A DNA stretch of 64,000 nucleotides from an uncultured Rhodobacteraceae bacterium (GCA_937872465.1 CALMSR010000040.1:78279-142278), one strand, 5' to 3'. Positions 32,907-43,371 are shown, counted from the stretch's first letter. Numbers and translations are program-made. Notes: generated from the letters alone by a model not told the origin.

Positions 32907-34069
32907 TACGCCACCCCGTGCACGGCGAGCACGCGCTTCATCCGCGCCACCGCCGCGTCCGAGTCGGCGAGGACGCGCGCCCGGTCGGCGAGGCGGAAAA
33001 GCTCCGCGAGATGCTGGAGCGAGCGGGCGCCCTGCTGGCCGCCGATCATGACGAAATGGTCCTGGAGCCCGTTGAGATAGGCGAGAAAGACCACGCCGGT
33101 CTTGTAGAAGCGGGTCGGCGCCGCGAAGATGTGGCGCGAGAGTGGGACGGTGGGTTCCAGCAGGTCGAAGAATTCGTTGTCGCTGCCGCGGCCGAGGGCC
33201 TCGAGCGCCGCCGAGGCGACCGGGGCGATGGCGTCGAAGATGCCGAGCAGGGCGTCGGAATGCCCCGCCTCGTCGCCGGCGATCAGTTCGGCATAGTTGA
33301 AGTCGTCGCCGGTATACATGCGCACGCCCTCCGGCAGGCGGCGGCGCATGGCGATCTCCTTCTCCTTCGAGAGCAGCGAGATCTTGACGCCGTCGACCCT
33401 GGCGGCATTGGCCGCGATCGCCTCGAGGCAGGTCTCCATCGCCGCCATATGATCGGCATGGCCCCAGTAGCCGGCGAGCGCGGGGTCGAACATCTCGCCG
33501 AGCCAGTGGATGATCACCGGCCGGCGCACCTCGGACAGGATGCGGTCATAGACGCGCAGGTAGTCGTCGGGCCCCTTCGCGGCGGCGGCGAGAGCGCGGC
33601 TCGCCATCAGGATCACCCGGCCGCCGGCGTCCTCGACCATGGCGACCTGCTCCTCATAGGCGCGCAGCACGTCGTCGATGGTGACCTCCGGGCCGGGCGC
33701 GAGGTGGTCGGTGCCGGCGCCGCAGGCGATCAGCGCGCCGTCGCGGCTGCGCGCCTCGGCCAGCGACCGGCGGATCAGCTCCTGGGCCTCGGGCCAGCCG
33801 AGCCCCATGCCGCGCTGGGCGGTGTCCATCGCCTCGGCGACGCCGAGACCGAGATCCCAGAGCCGGTGGCGGAAGGCGAGCGTGCGGTCCCAGTCGATCG
33901 CCGGGGTCAGCCAGGGATCGTTGTCGGCCAGCGGGTCGGCCACCACATGGGCCGCGCCATAGGCGATGCGCGGGAAGGACGCCGCCTCGCGCCGGGCGAG
34001 CGGGACCGGGGCGCCCGTGAGCTCGTAGGGGAGGATGGCGCCGTCTTGCGGCAGGTCGATGCTGGCCAT
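32906..34069 (-). CDS. DUF993 family protein (DHDPS-like TIM barrel)
   Basis: AAHVVADP, AEAMDTAQRGMG, HWLGEMFDP, KISLL, YTGDDFNY, HSDALLGIFD. Confidence 0.85.
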   Translation of the reverse strand: MASIDLPQDGAILPYELTGAPVPLARREAASFPRIAYGAAHVVADPLADNDPWLTPAIDWDRTLAFRHRLWDLGLGVAEAMDTAQRGMGLGWPEAQELIRRSLAEARSRDGALIACGAGTDHLAPGPEVTIDDVLRAYEEQVAMVEDAGGRVILMASRALAAAAKGPDDYLRVYDRILSEVRRPVIIHWLGEMFDPALAGYWGHADHMAAMETCLEAIAANAARVDGVKISLLSKEKEIAMRRRLPEGVRMYTGDDFNYAELIAGDEAGHSDALLGIFDAIAPVASAALEALGRGSDNEFFDLLEPTVPLSRHIFAAPTRFYKTGVVFLAYLNGLQDHFVMIGGQQGARSLQHLAELFRLADRARVLADSDAAVARMKRVLAVHGVA

Positions 34070-34072
34070 GGC

Positions 34073-35221
34073 TCAATACTCCAGCGCCGGCACGTCGAGC
34101 CAGCGGCGCTCGGCCCAGGACCTGCGGCCGAGCTCGGCGAGCTGCACGCCCCTGGCGCCGGCCTCGAGGCCGTAGGGCCAGGGCCCGTCCTCGGCGACGT
34201 GGCGCAGGAACATCTCCCATTGCGCCTTGAAGCCGTTGTCGTAGGCGGCCGTGTCCGGCACCTCCTCCCACTGGTCGTAGAAGTTCATGGTCTGCGGCTG
34301 GTCGGGGTTCCAGACCGGCTTGGGCGTGTTGACCCGGTGCTGCGTCCAGCACTTCGTGAGGCCCGCGACCGCCGAGCCGTGGGTGCCGTCGACCTGGAAG
34401 GTCACGAGGTCGTCGCGCCGGACGCGCACGGCCCAGGAGGAGTTGAACTGGGCGATGACGCCGTTCTCGAGCTCGAAGGTGGCATAGGCGGCGTCGTCGG
34501 CGTCGGCCCTGTAGGGCTTGCCGCTCTCGTCGATGCGCTCGGGGATATGGGTGGCGCCGAGGCAGGAGACCGCCTTGATCTCGCCGAACAGGCCGTCGAT
34601 CACGTAGCGCCAGTGGCAGAGCATGTCGAGGATGATGCCGCCGCCGTCGCCCTTGCGGTAGTTCCAGGACGGGCGCTGCGGGTCGACGCCCCAGTCGCCC
34701 TCGAAGACCCAGTAGCCGAATTCGCAGCGCACCGAGAGCATGCGGCCGAAGAAACCCGCATCGCGCAGGATGCGGAGCTTCCTGAGGCCCGGCAGGAAGA
34801 GCTTGTCCTGCACCACGCCGTGCTTGAGGCCGGAGGCGCGGGCCTTGCCGGCCAGCGCCAAGGCCACGGCGAGGTCGTCGGAGATCGGCTTCTCGCTGTA
34901 GATGTGCTTGCCGGCGTCGAGCGCCTTCGTGAGCAGGTCGGCGCGCATCAGGGTTGTGCCGGCGTCGAAGAAGATCGTGTCGTCGGGATCGGCGAGCGCG
35001 GCATCGAGGTCGGAGGACCAGCGCTCGATGCCGTGGCGGCGGGCCAGCGCCTCGATCTTCCCGGGATCGCGGCCGACGATGATCGGGTCGACCTGGAGCC
35101 GCCGGCCGGAGGCCAACTCGATGCCGCCCTGGTCCCGGATCGCCAGGATCGAGCGCACCAGATGCTGGTTGTAGCCCATGCGCCCGGTGACGCCGTGCAT
35201 GATGATGCCGATGCGGTCCAT
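34073..35221 (-). CDS. Gfo/Idh/MocA family oxidoreductase
   Basis: IIMHGVTGRMG, HIYSEKP, QDKLFLPG, GGIILDMLCHWRY. Confidence 0.9.
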   Translation of the reverse strand: MDRIGIIMHGVTGRMGYNQHLVRSILAIRDQGGIELASGRRLQVDPIIVGRDPGKIEALARRHGIERWSSDLDAALADPDDTIFFDAGTTLMRADLLTKALDAGKHIYSEKPISDDLAVALALAGKARASGLKHGVVQDKLFLPGLRKLRILRDAGFFGRMLSVRCEFGYWVFEGDWGVDPQRPSWNYRKGDGGGIILDMLCHWRYVIDGLFGEIKAVSCLGATHIPERIDESGKPYRADADDAAYATFELENGVIAQFNSSWAVRVRRDDLVTFQVDGTHGSAVAGLTKCWTQHRVNTPKPVWNPDQPQTMNFYDQWEEVPDTAAYDNGFKAQWEMFLRHVAEDGPWPYGLEAGARGVQLAELGRRSWAERRWLDVPALEY

Positions 35222-35249
35222 GTCGTCCCTCCCTCGCGCGATTCGATGT

Positions 35250-35265
35250 GTAACCGTTTAGTTAC
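35250..35265. promoter_or_regulatory. Probable TetR operator
   Basis: Inverted repeat GTAAC-N6-GTTAC in an AT-rich patch ~30 bp upstream of the Gfo operon; minus-strand TTGACA at 35289-35294. Confidence 0.5.
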
Positions 35266-35301
35266 CAACTGGCAGGAGACGGGCGGCTTGTCAACAGGCA
35301 G

Positions 35302-35982
35302 CTAGCCGGGCGCGGCGCGGACCGAGGCGAGCACCACGTGGACCACGTGCTTCTCCCAGGCCGCCAGCTGGGCTTCCTCGCCGAGGGCGCGGTCGAAGAT
35401 CACCGAGAGCGTGTACTGGTTCGACAGGTAGAAGACCGCGAGCGAGGCGATGGTCAGGTAGACATGCAGCGGGTCGAGCCCGGTGGCGAAGACGCCGCTG
35501 CGCGCGCCGCGGTCGAGCACCGAGGCGAGCTGGTCGACAAGATGGGCATGCATCTTGCGGATGCGCCTGGAGCCCTTGAGGAAGCGGGCGCGCAGCAGGT
35601 TCTCGGTATTGAGCAGGCTGATGAGCTCGGGATGGGCGACGAAATAGCGCCAGGTGAAGAGCGCGAGCTCGCGCAGTCCCTCCTCCGGGTCGCGGCGGCC
35701 GAGGTCGAGGGTCATCTCCGCGTCGCGGATGCGGCCGTAGGCCTCTTCGAGCACGACGAGGTAGAGCGCCTCCTTGTCACCGAAGTAGTGGTAGAGCATG
35801 CGCTTGTTGGTCCCCGCGCGCGCAGCGATCGAATCGACCCGCGCGCCGCCGAAGCCCTTCTCGGCGAATTCCCGCGTCGCGGCGTCCAGGATCGCGGCGC
35901 TGGTGCGCTCCGGGTCGCGAAGGGCCGGCCGCGTTTCGGCGGGGCCGTCCTTCGGCCGGTCGGACGGATCATCGGCTTGCAT
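35302..35982 (-). CDS. TetR family regulator (RutR/NicS-like)
   Basis: AILDAATREFAEKGFGGARVDSIAARAGTNKRMLYHYFGDKEALY. Confidence 0.9.
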   Translation of the reverse strand: MQADDPSDRPKDGPAETRPALRDPERTSAAILDAATREFAEKGFGGARVDSIAARAGTNKRMLYHYFGDKEALYLVVLEEAYGRIRDAEMTLDLGRRDPEEGLRELALFTWRYFVAHPELISLLNTENLLRARFLKGSRRIRKMHAHLVDQLASVLDRGARSGVFATGLDPLHVYLTIASLAVFYLSNQYTLSVIFDRALGEEAQLAAWEKHVVHVVLASVRAAPG

Positions 35983-36242
35983 CGGGGCTCCTGCGTCGCG
36001 GCACGGGGCGAGCGGCTGCGGCTGACGCCCGCGGTCGGGCATTGCTGTCGAGCGACTGCTAAACGGCGGGCAAGGTGCTTGACAAGCGTGATGTCCCGGC
36101 GGTGCCGAATGACCGGGATGCGCCCTTGGGAGGATCTCGCCTCCCTCTCTCTCTGTCGCTGATGAACTGCACCGAAGCCCCCACGGGGTTCCGCATCCTG
36201 CGTCAGGTGCAGAGCGAGCCGAGTCTCCCGTCAGAGCCCGGA

Positions 36243-36270
36243 TCGCGCGATGCGCGCGCGCATCGCGCGA
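36243..36270. repeat. Perfect 28-bp CG-rich palindrome abutting the IS
   Basis: TCGCGCGATGCGCGCGCGCATCGCGCGA is its own reverse complement. Confidence 0.9.
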
Positions 36271-36336
36271 CTGACGTGACCCCTTGTTTCTCCTCCAAGG
36301 GCTGCTGGAATCCGGACCACAGGAGAGGGACCGGAG

Positions 36337-36602
36337 ATGAAGCGAAGCAGGTTCACCGAAGAGCAGATCATCGGGGTGCTGCGCGAGCAGGAGGCGGCGC
36401 GGCGGTCGCCGAGCTCTGCCGCAAGCACGGGATATCGTCGGCGACATTCTACGCCTGGAAGGCCAAGTTCGGCGGAATGGATGTGTCCGAGGCGAAGCGG
36501 CTGAAGGCGCTCGAGGCGGAGCACGCGAAGCTGAAGCGGCTCTACGCCGACGCGATGCTCGACAACGCCGGGCTGAAGGAGCTGCTGACAAAAAAATGGT
36601 GA
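36337..36602 (+). pseudogene. IS3 OrfA (HTH) with 1-bp deletion near 36397
   Basis: [20 protein letters not shown] in one frame, [26 protein letters not shown]...LLTKKW in another. Length 266 bp, one short of 267. Confidence 0.85.
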
Positions 36603-37525
36603 CGCCCGCCGCCAGGCGGGAGGCGGTCGCGCATCTCAAGGAGGGCCTCGAGGTGAGCGAGCGGCGGGCGTGCAGCATGATAGGCGCGGACCGGAGCGCG
36701 GTCCGCTATTGCAGCCGACGTCCCGACGATGCCGCGGTGCGCGCGCGGCTGCGGGAGCTGGCGGACCAGCGCCGGCGGTTCGGCTATCGCCGGCTGCATG
36801 TTCTGCTGCGAAGCGAGGGCCATACCTTGAACCGCAAGAAGACCCAGCGGCTCTACCGCGAGGAGGGGCTGGCGGTGCGCCGACGGCGGTCGCGGCGCCG
36901 GATCGCGGTGGCGCGCACGCCGATCCCGAGGCCCGAGGGGCCGAACTGCCGCTGGTCGACCGATTTCGTCCACGACCAGCTGGCCTGCGGGCGCCGGTTC
37001 CGGGTGCTGACGATCATCGACGATGTCACCAAGGAGTGCCTCGCGGCCGTCCCGGACACCTCGCTGACCGGCAAGCGGGTGGTGCGCGAGCTCACCGCGC
37101 TGATCGCGCGTCGCGGGCGACCGGACGTCATCGTCAGCGACAACGGCACCGAGTTCACCTCCTCGGCGGTCCTCGCCTTCACCCAGGCGGCGAAGCTCGA
37201 CTGGCGCTACATCGCCCCGGGCAAGCCGACCCAGAACGCCTTCGCCGAGAGCTTCCAGGGACGGATGCGCGATGAATGCCTCAACGAGCACCTGTTCTTC
37301 TCGATGAACCACGCCCGGGCTGTCCTCGCCGGCTGGGTCGACGACTTCAACACCGCGCGGCCCCACTCGGCGATCGGCTACATGACGCCCGCCGCCTACG
37401 CCGCGACCCTGAACCCGCAACGGGCATCGGCGCTGAGCCACATCGAAAGCTCCGCGCCGATGCCCGTTGCTACCGTCGCGCTCATGCGCAATTCTCAACC
37501 CCGGATTCCAGTGACCCCTGGATGA
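36596..37525 (+). CDS. IS3 OrfB DDE transposase
   Basis: [42 protein letters not shown]. Confidence 0.95.
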   Translation: MVTPAARREAVAHLKEGLEVSERRACSMIGADRSAVRYCSRRPDDAAVRARLRELADQRRRFGYRRLHVLLRSEGHTLNRKKTQRLYREEGLAVRRRRSRRRIAVARTPIPRPEGPNCRWSTDFVHDQLACGRRFRVLTIIDDVTKECLAAVPDTSLTGKRVVRELTALIARRGRPDVIVSDNGTEFTSSAVLAFTQAAKLDWRYIAPGKPTQNAFAESFQGRMRDECLNEHLFFSMNHARAVLAGWVDDFNTARPHSAIGYMTPAAYAATLNPQRASALSHIESSAPMPVATVALMRNSQPRIPVTPG

Positions 37526-37607
37526 ACGAAAGGGGTCACGTCACGACCCTTCGATCCCCCGATGGATTTCGGCGACACGCTTGGGACACATGCCTCCGGG
37601 CGATCCG

Positions 37608-39128
37608 TCAGGCACTCGCCTCGCTCGACCCCTTCATCTTCCGCCGGATGACGCCGAAGAGCGGCAGGAGGATCAGGATGATCGCGATCACCGTGATCGT
37701 GCCCGCGATCGGCCGCGTGAAGAAGATCGACGGATCGCCGGAGGACAGGAGCAGCGACTGGCGCAGCGTGGGCTCGGCGATCGGGCCGAGCACGATGGCG
37801 AGCACGGCCGGGGCCAGCGGGTAGTCGAACTTGCGCAGGAAGAACGCGCTCAGCCCGAAGATCAGCATCAGCCAGACGTCGTGCATGTCGTTGGTGGCCG
37901 CATAGCCGCCGACCACCGAGAGCACGAAGATCATCGGTGCGAGGATGGTGAAGGGCATGCGCAGCATCCAGATGAAGAGCGGGATGAAGCTGAGGTTGAT
38001 GACGAGCGCGAAGAAGTTCGACACGTAGAACGAGCCGATCAGCCCCCAGACGAATTCGGGCTGGTCGGTGAAGAGCCGCGGGCCGGGGGTCAGGCCCCAG
38101 ATCACCATGCCGCCGAGCAGGATCGCCGTGGTGGGCGAGCCGGGAATGCCCAGGGTCAGCATGGGCAGCATCGAGCCGGTGGAGGCGGAATTGTTGGCCG
38201 CTTCCGGCGCCGCGACGCCGTCGGGGTTGCCCCTTCCGTAGGAATCCGGGTCGCGGCCGGTCATCTTGGCCACGCCATAGGCCATCAGCGACCCGGGCGT
38301 CGCGCCGGCGGCGGGAAGGATGCCGACGAAGAAGCCGAGGCCCGAGCCGATCGACATGCCCTTCCAGGCCTTGGCGAAGCATTCCCGCGTGTCCGCGACG
38401 ATGCCGGCGAAGGTCATCCGCGCCTCGGTGCTGGTGATCTTTCCGCGCGTGGTGTCGAGCGTCCAGAGCATCTCGCCGATGCCGTAGACGCCGATGGCGA
38501 GCACCAGGAAGTTGATCCCGTGCAGGAAGCCGGAGATGCCGAAGAAGACCAGCCGCGGCGCGCCGGAGATCTGGTCGAAGCCGACCGAGGCGAAGACCAG
38601 GCCGAGGCAGATCGACAGCACGGTCTTGGGGATGTCGTCGCCGCCGAGGCCGACGAAGGTGGCGAAGGCGAGCAGCATCAGCGCGAAGATCTCCGGCGGC
38701 CCGAAGCTGAGCGCGACATGCGCGAGCGGCGGCGCGAAGGCGGTGAAGAGGATGATGGAGACCGTCCCGCCGACGAAGGAGGCGATCGCGGCGGTCACCA
38801 GCGCGAGGCTGGCGCGGCCCTTGAGCGCCAGCGGCCGCCCGTCGAAGGTCGTGGCGACCGCCGTAGAGGCGCCCGGGATGCCGAGGGTGATCGAGCTGAT
38901 CGCGCCGCCGTACATCGCCCCGTAATAGATCGCCGCGAGGAAGATGATCGCCGAGGCCGGCGGCACCAGGAAGGTGATCGGCAAAAGGATCGCCACGCCG
39001 TTCACCGAACCGAGCCCGGGCATCGCGCCGATGAAGAGGCCCAGCGTCACGCCGACCACGATCAGCGCGATGTTCATCGGCTGGATCGCGAGAAACAGGC
39101 CGTGGCTGAGAAGTTCCAGAATTTCCAT
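37608..39128 (-). CDS. tctA: Tripartite tricarboxylate transporter large permease TctA
   Basis: GAMPGLGS, YYGAMYGG, AAPEAANNS, LTLGIPGS, GLTPGP. Confidence 0.93.
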   Translation of the reverse strand: MEILELLSHGLFLAIQPMNIALIVVGVTLGLFIGAMPGLGSVNGVAILLPITFLVPPASAIIFLAAIYYGAMYGGAISSITLGIPGASTAVATTFDGRPLALKGRASLALVTAAIASFVGGTVSIILFTAFAPPLAHVALSFGPPEIFALMLLAFATFVGLGGDDIPKTVLSICLGLVFASVGFDQISGAPRLVFFGISGFLHGINFLVLAIGVYGIGEMLWTLDTTRGKITSTEARMTFAGIVADTRECFAKAWKGMSIGSGLGFFVGILPAAGATPGSLMAYGVAKMTGRDPDSYGRGNPDGVAAPEAANNSASTGSMLPMLTLGIPGSPTTAILLGGMVIWGLTPGPRLFTDQPEFVWGLIGSFYVSNFFALVINLSFIPLFIWMLRMPFTILAPMIFVLSVVGGYAATNDMHDVWLMLIFGLSAFFLRKFDYPLAPAVLAIVLGPIAEPTLRQSLLLSSGDPSIFFTRPIAGTITVIAIILILLPLFGVIRRKMKGSSEASA

Positions 39129-39175
39129 GGTTCAGGACTCCACTCTCGGGTCCGCGGACCGACCGCTGCTCGGGG

Positions 39176-39679
39176 TCAGTAGATGATGTCGTAGAGCACG
39201 TTGAAGACCGGGTCGGTGAAGCTCATCCCCTTGGGCAGGGTGATCCGCATCAGCGCCTCGAAGAAGAAGAAGAACACGATCGGCGTCGCGATCGAGATGG
39301 TCAGTGCCAGCCAGAGCGCGTGGCGTCCGAGGAACCAGAGGTAGTAGAACAGGAACAGCGCCATGGCGCCGTAGATCGAGATGACGTCGATCAGCGCCAC
39401 GAAGACGAAGATGCCGCCGCCGACCTGCAGCAGCATCCTGCGGCCGTCGGCGTCGAGCACCGGCTCGGTGGAGCGGGAAGGCGGAGAGGTCCGCCTTGCC
39501 CAGTTGAAGGCGATCACGATCGTGCAGACGAGCATGATGGCCGAGAGCCAGAACGGCCAGGCTCCGCCTCCCGGACCTTTGCCTGCGACATAGCCGATGT
39601 TCAGATCGGTACTCTTCCACATCATGTAGATGGACAGGGCGGCCAGGACAGCGGCCGTGACGATTTCGCCAAGTCTCAT
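39176..39679 (-). CDS. tctB: Tripartite tricarboxylate transporter small permease TctB
   Basis: Four TM helices, GPGGGAWPFW, located between tctC and tctA. Confidence 0.85.
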   Translation of the reverse strand: MRLGEIVTAAVLAALSIYMMWKSTDLNIGYVAGKGPGGGAWPFWLSAIMLVCTIVIAFNWARRTSPPSRSTEPVLDADGRRMLLQVGGGIFVFVALIDVISIYGAMALFLFYYLWFLGRHALWLALTISIATPIVFFFFFEALMRITLPKGMSFTDPVFNVLYDIIY

Positions 39680-39721
39680 TCTGGCCTCCCAGAAGTACTT
39701 CTGAAAATCGGTTCCGGAGAT

Positions 39722-40690
39722 CTACTCTTCCATGTTGGCGAGCAGTTCCTTGTGTCGCTCGACCTGGAGCTTCCAGTATTCCGCCTGCTCGTCGGGCGCC
39801 ATCCAGAGCGGCGACAGGCTCTCGGAAGCCATGTAGCCCTGCCATTCCTCGGAATCGTAGATCGTCTTGAAGAGGGTCTGGTAGTATTCGGCCGCCTCCG
39901 CGGACTGGCCCGGAGCGCCGACCACGGCGCGCTGGTTGTAGTAGCTGAAGTCCTGGCCCTTCTCCTTGACGGTCGGCACGTCCGGGAAGGCCGGAAGCCG
40001 CTCGTCGGAGAAGGCGACCAGCGGCACCACGTCGCCGGCCTCGTAGAAGCCCTTGGCCTCGGCGGGGTTGTTGACGCTGGCCATGATCTGCTGGCCGGCC
40101 AGATCCTTCGCGACCGCCCCGCCGCCGTCATAGGGGATGTATTTGATGTCGAGCCCGTAGGCGTCCCTGAGGAAGGTGATGACGAGCGAATCCTCCTGGC
40201 CGGTGCCGGTGCCGCCCATGACGTATTCGCCATTGGCCGCCTTCACGGTCTCCAGCCATTGCTCGAAGGTGGTGATGCCGCTGTCCTTGTGGACCCAGAG
40301 CACGAAGGGATCGACGCCCATCATCGCCACCGGCGTGAAGGTCGTGATGTCGACGCCGAGATCGGGCTGGCGCAGCGGCGTGGTGAAGAACGAGTTCAGC
40401 GTGACCAGGATCGTGTGGTCGGGATCGTTCGTGGTGTTGAGCGCGATCAGCGCCTCGGCGCCCGATCCGCCGCCCTTGTTGTTGGGCACCAGCGGCCGGC
40501 TGGTGAGATCATTCTTCTCGGTGACCGATTGCAGGAATCGGGCGATCTGATCCGCGCCGCCGCCGGCGCCGGCCATGATCACGAAGTCGACCGGCTTGGT
40601 CGGCTCCCAGGCCGATGCCGGCGTCACCGCCATCACGCCCAGCGCGACGGCGCCGGCCATGCCGGCCAGGATGTTGAAGTGCTTTGCCAT
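39722..40690 (-). CDS. tctC: Tripartite tricarboxylate transporter substrate-binding protein (Bug/TctC)
   Basis: Signal peptide, WEPTKPVDFVIMAGAGGGAD, NKGGGSG, IPYDGGG, VPTVKE. Start MAKHFNIL. Confidence 0.92.
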   Translation of the reverse strand: MAKHFNILAGMAGAVALGVMAVTPASAWEPTKPVDFVIMAGAGGGADQIARFLQSVTEKNDLTSRPLVPNNKGGGSGAEALIALNTTNDPDHTILVTLNSFFTTPLRQPDLGVDITTFTPVAMMGVDPFVLWVHKDSGITTFEQWLETVKAANGEYVMGGTGTGQEDSLVITFLRDAYGLDIKYIPYDGGGAVAKDLAGQQIMASVNNPAEAKGFYEAGDVVPLVAFSDERLPAFPDVPTVKEKGQDFSYYNQRAVVGAPGQSAEAAEYYQTLFKTIYDSEEWQGYMASESLSPLWMAPDEQAEYWKLQVERHKELLANMEE

Positions 40691-40803
40691 TTGGTCCTCC
40701 CGTTTGGCTCTCTTGTGCTCGCGAGTTGTCTCTCGCCTTGCCTTCGGCCGTTCGTTCCGCGGCCTGAAACCTTCCGTCTTCCGTTCCCTCGTTCCGCGCC
40801 CTT

Positions 40804-41661
40804 TCAGTGGTTGAAGATGACGGGCGTGGTGGCGGTATCGACCACCGTCTGGGTATTGCCCCCGAAGACGGTCTCGCGCTCGTGGCTGTCGCCATAGGCG
40901 CCCATCACCAGCATGTCCGCGCCGGCCGCGGCGCTGGCCTTCAGCAGTTCGCGGCCGGTCTTGCCGCGCGGGTCGAATTTCACGATCGTGGCGGCGATGC
41001 CGTGCAGGCGCAGGAAATCGACCAGATCCTCGGCCGAGGTTCCCGGACCGGAATCCGATCCGCTGGACAGGATCGAGACCGCGTCGGCGGTCCGCAGCAC
41101 GCTGATGCATTGCGACAGCGCCCGCGCCGCCTCCGCGCTGCCGTTCCAGGCGAGCGAGACATGCGCCCCGAGCGTCGCGGGCGGCGTCTCCGCATGCGGG
41201 CACATCAAGACCGGCCGCCCCGAGTGGAAGAGTGCTGCCTTGAGCGTATTGTGGCCGAGGTTGCGGTCCCGGTCGGGCTTGGCCACCGCGATCAGATCCG
41301 CCAGCCGGCCGCGGCGCTTGATGACGTCCACCTGGCGGCCGGCTTCGGCGAGAAACGCCACCGTCGCCGTCCGGCCGATGTTGTCGCCGGAATGGTCGAG
41401 CCTGAGCTTCTCCGCGAGCACCAGCACCTCCTCGCGCATCCCCTCCTCTTCCTGGTCGGCGACCTGGTAGGATTGCCGCACGATCTGATTGCGCAGGAAT
41501 TCCGGGATATGGACGCCATAGGGCATCAGATCCTCGGGGCGCGGCCGGCAATGCGCCACCGTGACATGGGCATCGTAGCGGTGCGCCAGCACCGCTGCGT
41601 GGGCAAGGACGTTGTCGCCCTTGCCGTCGCCTCGAACCGGAACCAGGATCGTGCGGATCAC
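40804..41661 (-). CDS. Universal stress protein (tandem USP domains)
   Basis: IRTILVP, AWNGSAEAARA, DMLVMGAYG...FGGNT. Confidence 0.88.
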   Translation of the reverse strand: MIRTILVPVRGDGKGDNVLAHAAVLAHRYDAHVTVAHCRPRPEDLMPYGVHIPEFLRNQIVRQSYQVADQEEEGMREEVLVLAEKLRLDHSGDNIGRTATVAFLAEAGRQVDVIKRRGRLADLIAVAKPDRDRNLGHNTLKAALFHSGRPVLMCPHAETPPATLGAHVSLAWNGSAEAARALSQCISVLRTADAVSILSSGSDSGPGTSAEDLVDFLRLHGIAATIVKFDPRGKTGRELLKASAAAGADMLVMGAYGDSHERETVFGGNTQTVVDTATTPVIFNH

Positions 41662-41674
41662 AGGCGGTTTCCTC

Positions 41675-43342
41675 CTAGAACAGGCCGTCGATGAGGCCGT
41701 CCTCGTTGATGCGGATGGTCTCCGCCGAGGGTTTGCGCGGCAGGCCGGGCATGGTCATGATCTCGCCGCAGATCACCACCACGAAGCCCGCCCCCGCCGA
41801 CAGCCGGACCTCGCGCACCGGCAGCGAATGGCCGCGCGGCGCGCCGCGGCGATTGGGGTCGGTGGTGAAGGAATACTGCGTCTTGGCCATGCAGACCGGC
41901 AGGTGGCCGTAGCCGTCCGCTTCCCATTGCTTGAGCTGGTCGCGGATCTTCTTGTCGGCCAGCACCTCGTCGGCGCGGTAGATCCGCTTGGCGATGGTCT
42001 CGATCTTCTCGAAGAGGCTCATGTCGTCGGGATAGAGCGGCGCGAACTGCGCCGACCGGCCCTCGACGAGCGAGACGACCTTGCGCGCCAGATCCTCGAT
42101 GCCGGCCGACCCCTTGGCCCAGTGCCTGCAGAGGACCGCCTCCGAGCCCTGGCTCGCCACGTAATCCTTGATCGCCTGGATCTCGGCCTCGGTGTCGGTG
42201 ACGAAGTGGTTGATCCCCACCACCGCGGGCACGCCGAAGCCCTTCACGTTCTCGATGTGCTGGCCGAGGTTGGCGCAGCCCTTCTTCACCGCCTCGACGT
42301 TCTCGGTGCCGAGATCCTCCTTCTTGACGCCGCCGTTCATCTTCATCGCCCGCACCGTGGCGACGATCACCACCGCCTCGGGCTTCAGCCCCGCCTTGCG
42401 GCACTTGATGTCGAAGAACTTCTCCGCGCCGAGATCGGCGCCGAAGCCGGCCTCGGTCACCACGTAATCGGCGAGCTTCAGCGCCGTGGTGGTGGCGACC
42501 ACCGAGTTGCAGCCATGGGCGATGTTGGCGAAGGGGCCGCCGTGCACGAAGGCCGGATTGTTCTCGAGCGTCTGCACCAGGTTCGGCTGCATCGCCTGGG
42601 CGAGCAGCACCGTCATGGCGCCGTCGGCCTTGAGGTCGCGGGCGTAGACCGGCGTGCGGTCGCGGCGATAGGCGACGATGATGTCGCCGAGGCGCTTCTC
42701 CAGATCCTTGAGATCCCGCGCGAGGCAGAGGATCGCCATGACCTCGGAGGCCACGGTGATGTCGAAGCCGGTCTCGCGCGGGAAGCCGTTGGCCACGCCC
42801 CCGAGGTTGCAGACGATCTGGCGCAGGGCGCGATCGTTCATGTCCATCACGCGGCGGTAGGGGATGCGGCGGATGTCAATGTCGAGCTCGTTGCCCCAGT
42901 AGATGTGGTTGTCGAGCATCGCGGCGAGCAGGTTGTGGGCCGAGGTGATCGCGTGGAAGTCGCCGGTGAAATGGAGGTTCATGTCCTCCATGGGCACCAC
43001 CTGGGACATGCCGCCGCCCGCCGCGCCGCCCTTCATGCCGAAGTTCGGCCCGAGCGAGGCCTCGCGGATGCAGATCGCGGCCTTCTTGCCGATGGCATTC
43101 AGCCCGTCGCCGAGGCCGACCGTGGTCGTGGTCTTGCCCTCGCCGGCCGGGGTCGGGTTGATCGCCGTCACCAGCACCAGATGCCCGTCCGGCCGATCCG
43201 CCAGCGACTTGATGAATTCTTCCGAGACCTTGGCCTTGTCGTGGCCGAAGGGCAGGAGATGCTCGTTCGGGATGTCGAGCCTGGCACCGATCTCCTGGAT
43301 CGGCTTCTTCCTGGCCTTGCGGGCGATCTCGATGTCGGACAT
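41675..43342 (-). CDS. fhs: Formate--tetrahydrofolate ligase
   Basis: [57 protein letters not shown]. Confidence 0.97.
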   Translation of the reverse strand: MSDIEIARKARKKPIQEIGARLDIPNEHLLPFGHDKAKVSEEFIKSLADRPDGHLVLVTAINPTPAGEGKTTTTVGLGDGLNAIGKKAAICIREASLGPNFGMKGGAAGGGMSQVVPMEDMNLHFTGDFHAITSAHNLLAAMLDNHIYWGNELDIDIRRIPYRRVMDMNDRALRQIVCNLGGVANGFPRETGFDITVASEVMAILCLARDLKDLEKRLGDIIVAYRRDRTPVYARDLKADGAMTVLLAQAMQPNLVQTLENNPAFVHGGPFANIAHGCNSVVATTTALKLADYVVTEAGFGADLGAEKFFDIKCRKAGLKPEAVVIVATVRAMKMNGGVKKEDLGTENVEAVKKGCANLGQHIENVKGFGVPAVVGINHFVTDTEAEIQAIKDYVASQGSEAVLCRHWAKGSAGIEDLARKVVSLVEGRSAQFAPLYPDDMSLFEKIETIAKRIYRADEVLADKKIRDQLKQWEADGYGHLPVCMAKTQYSFTTDPNRRGAPRGHSLPVREVRLSAGAGFVVVICGEIMTMPGLPRKPSAETIRINEDGLIDGLF

Positions 43343-43371
43343 TCTTATGCTTCCTTGTGGTAAATCTGTAG

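Larger units (their letters stand above)
36272..37543 (+). mobile_element. IS3-family insertion sequence (IS407-like group), 1272 bp
   Basis: Terminal IRs TGACGTGACCCCTT at 36272 and reverse complement ending at 37543 (14 bp perfect); 4-bp target duplication CGAC at 36268-36271 and 37544-37547; orfA/orfB with A7 slippery site at 36590-36596. Confidence 0.95.
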
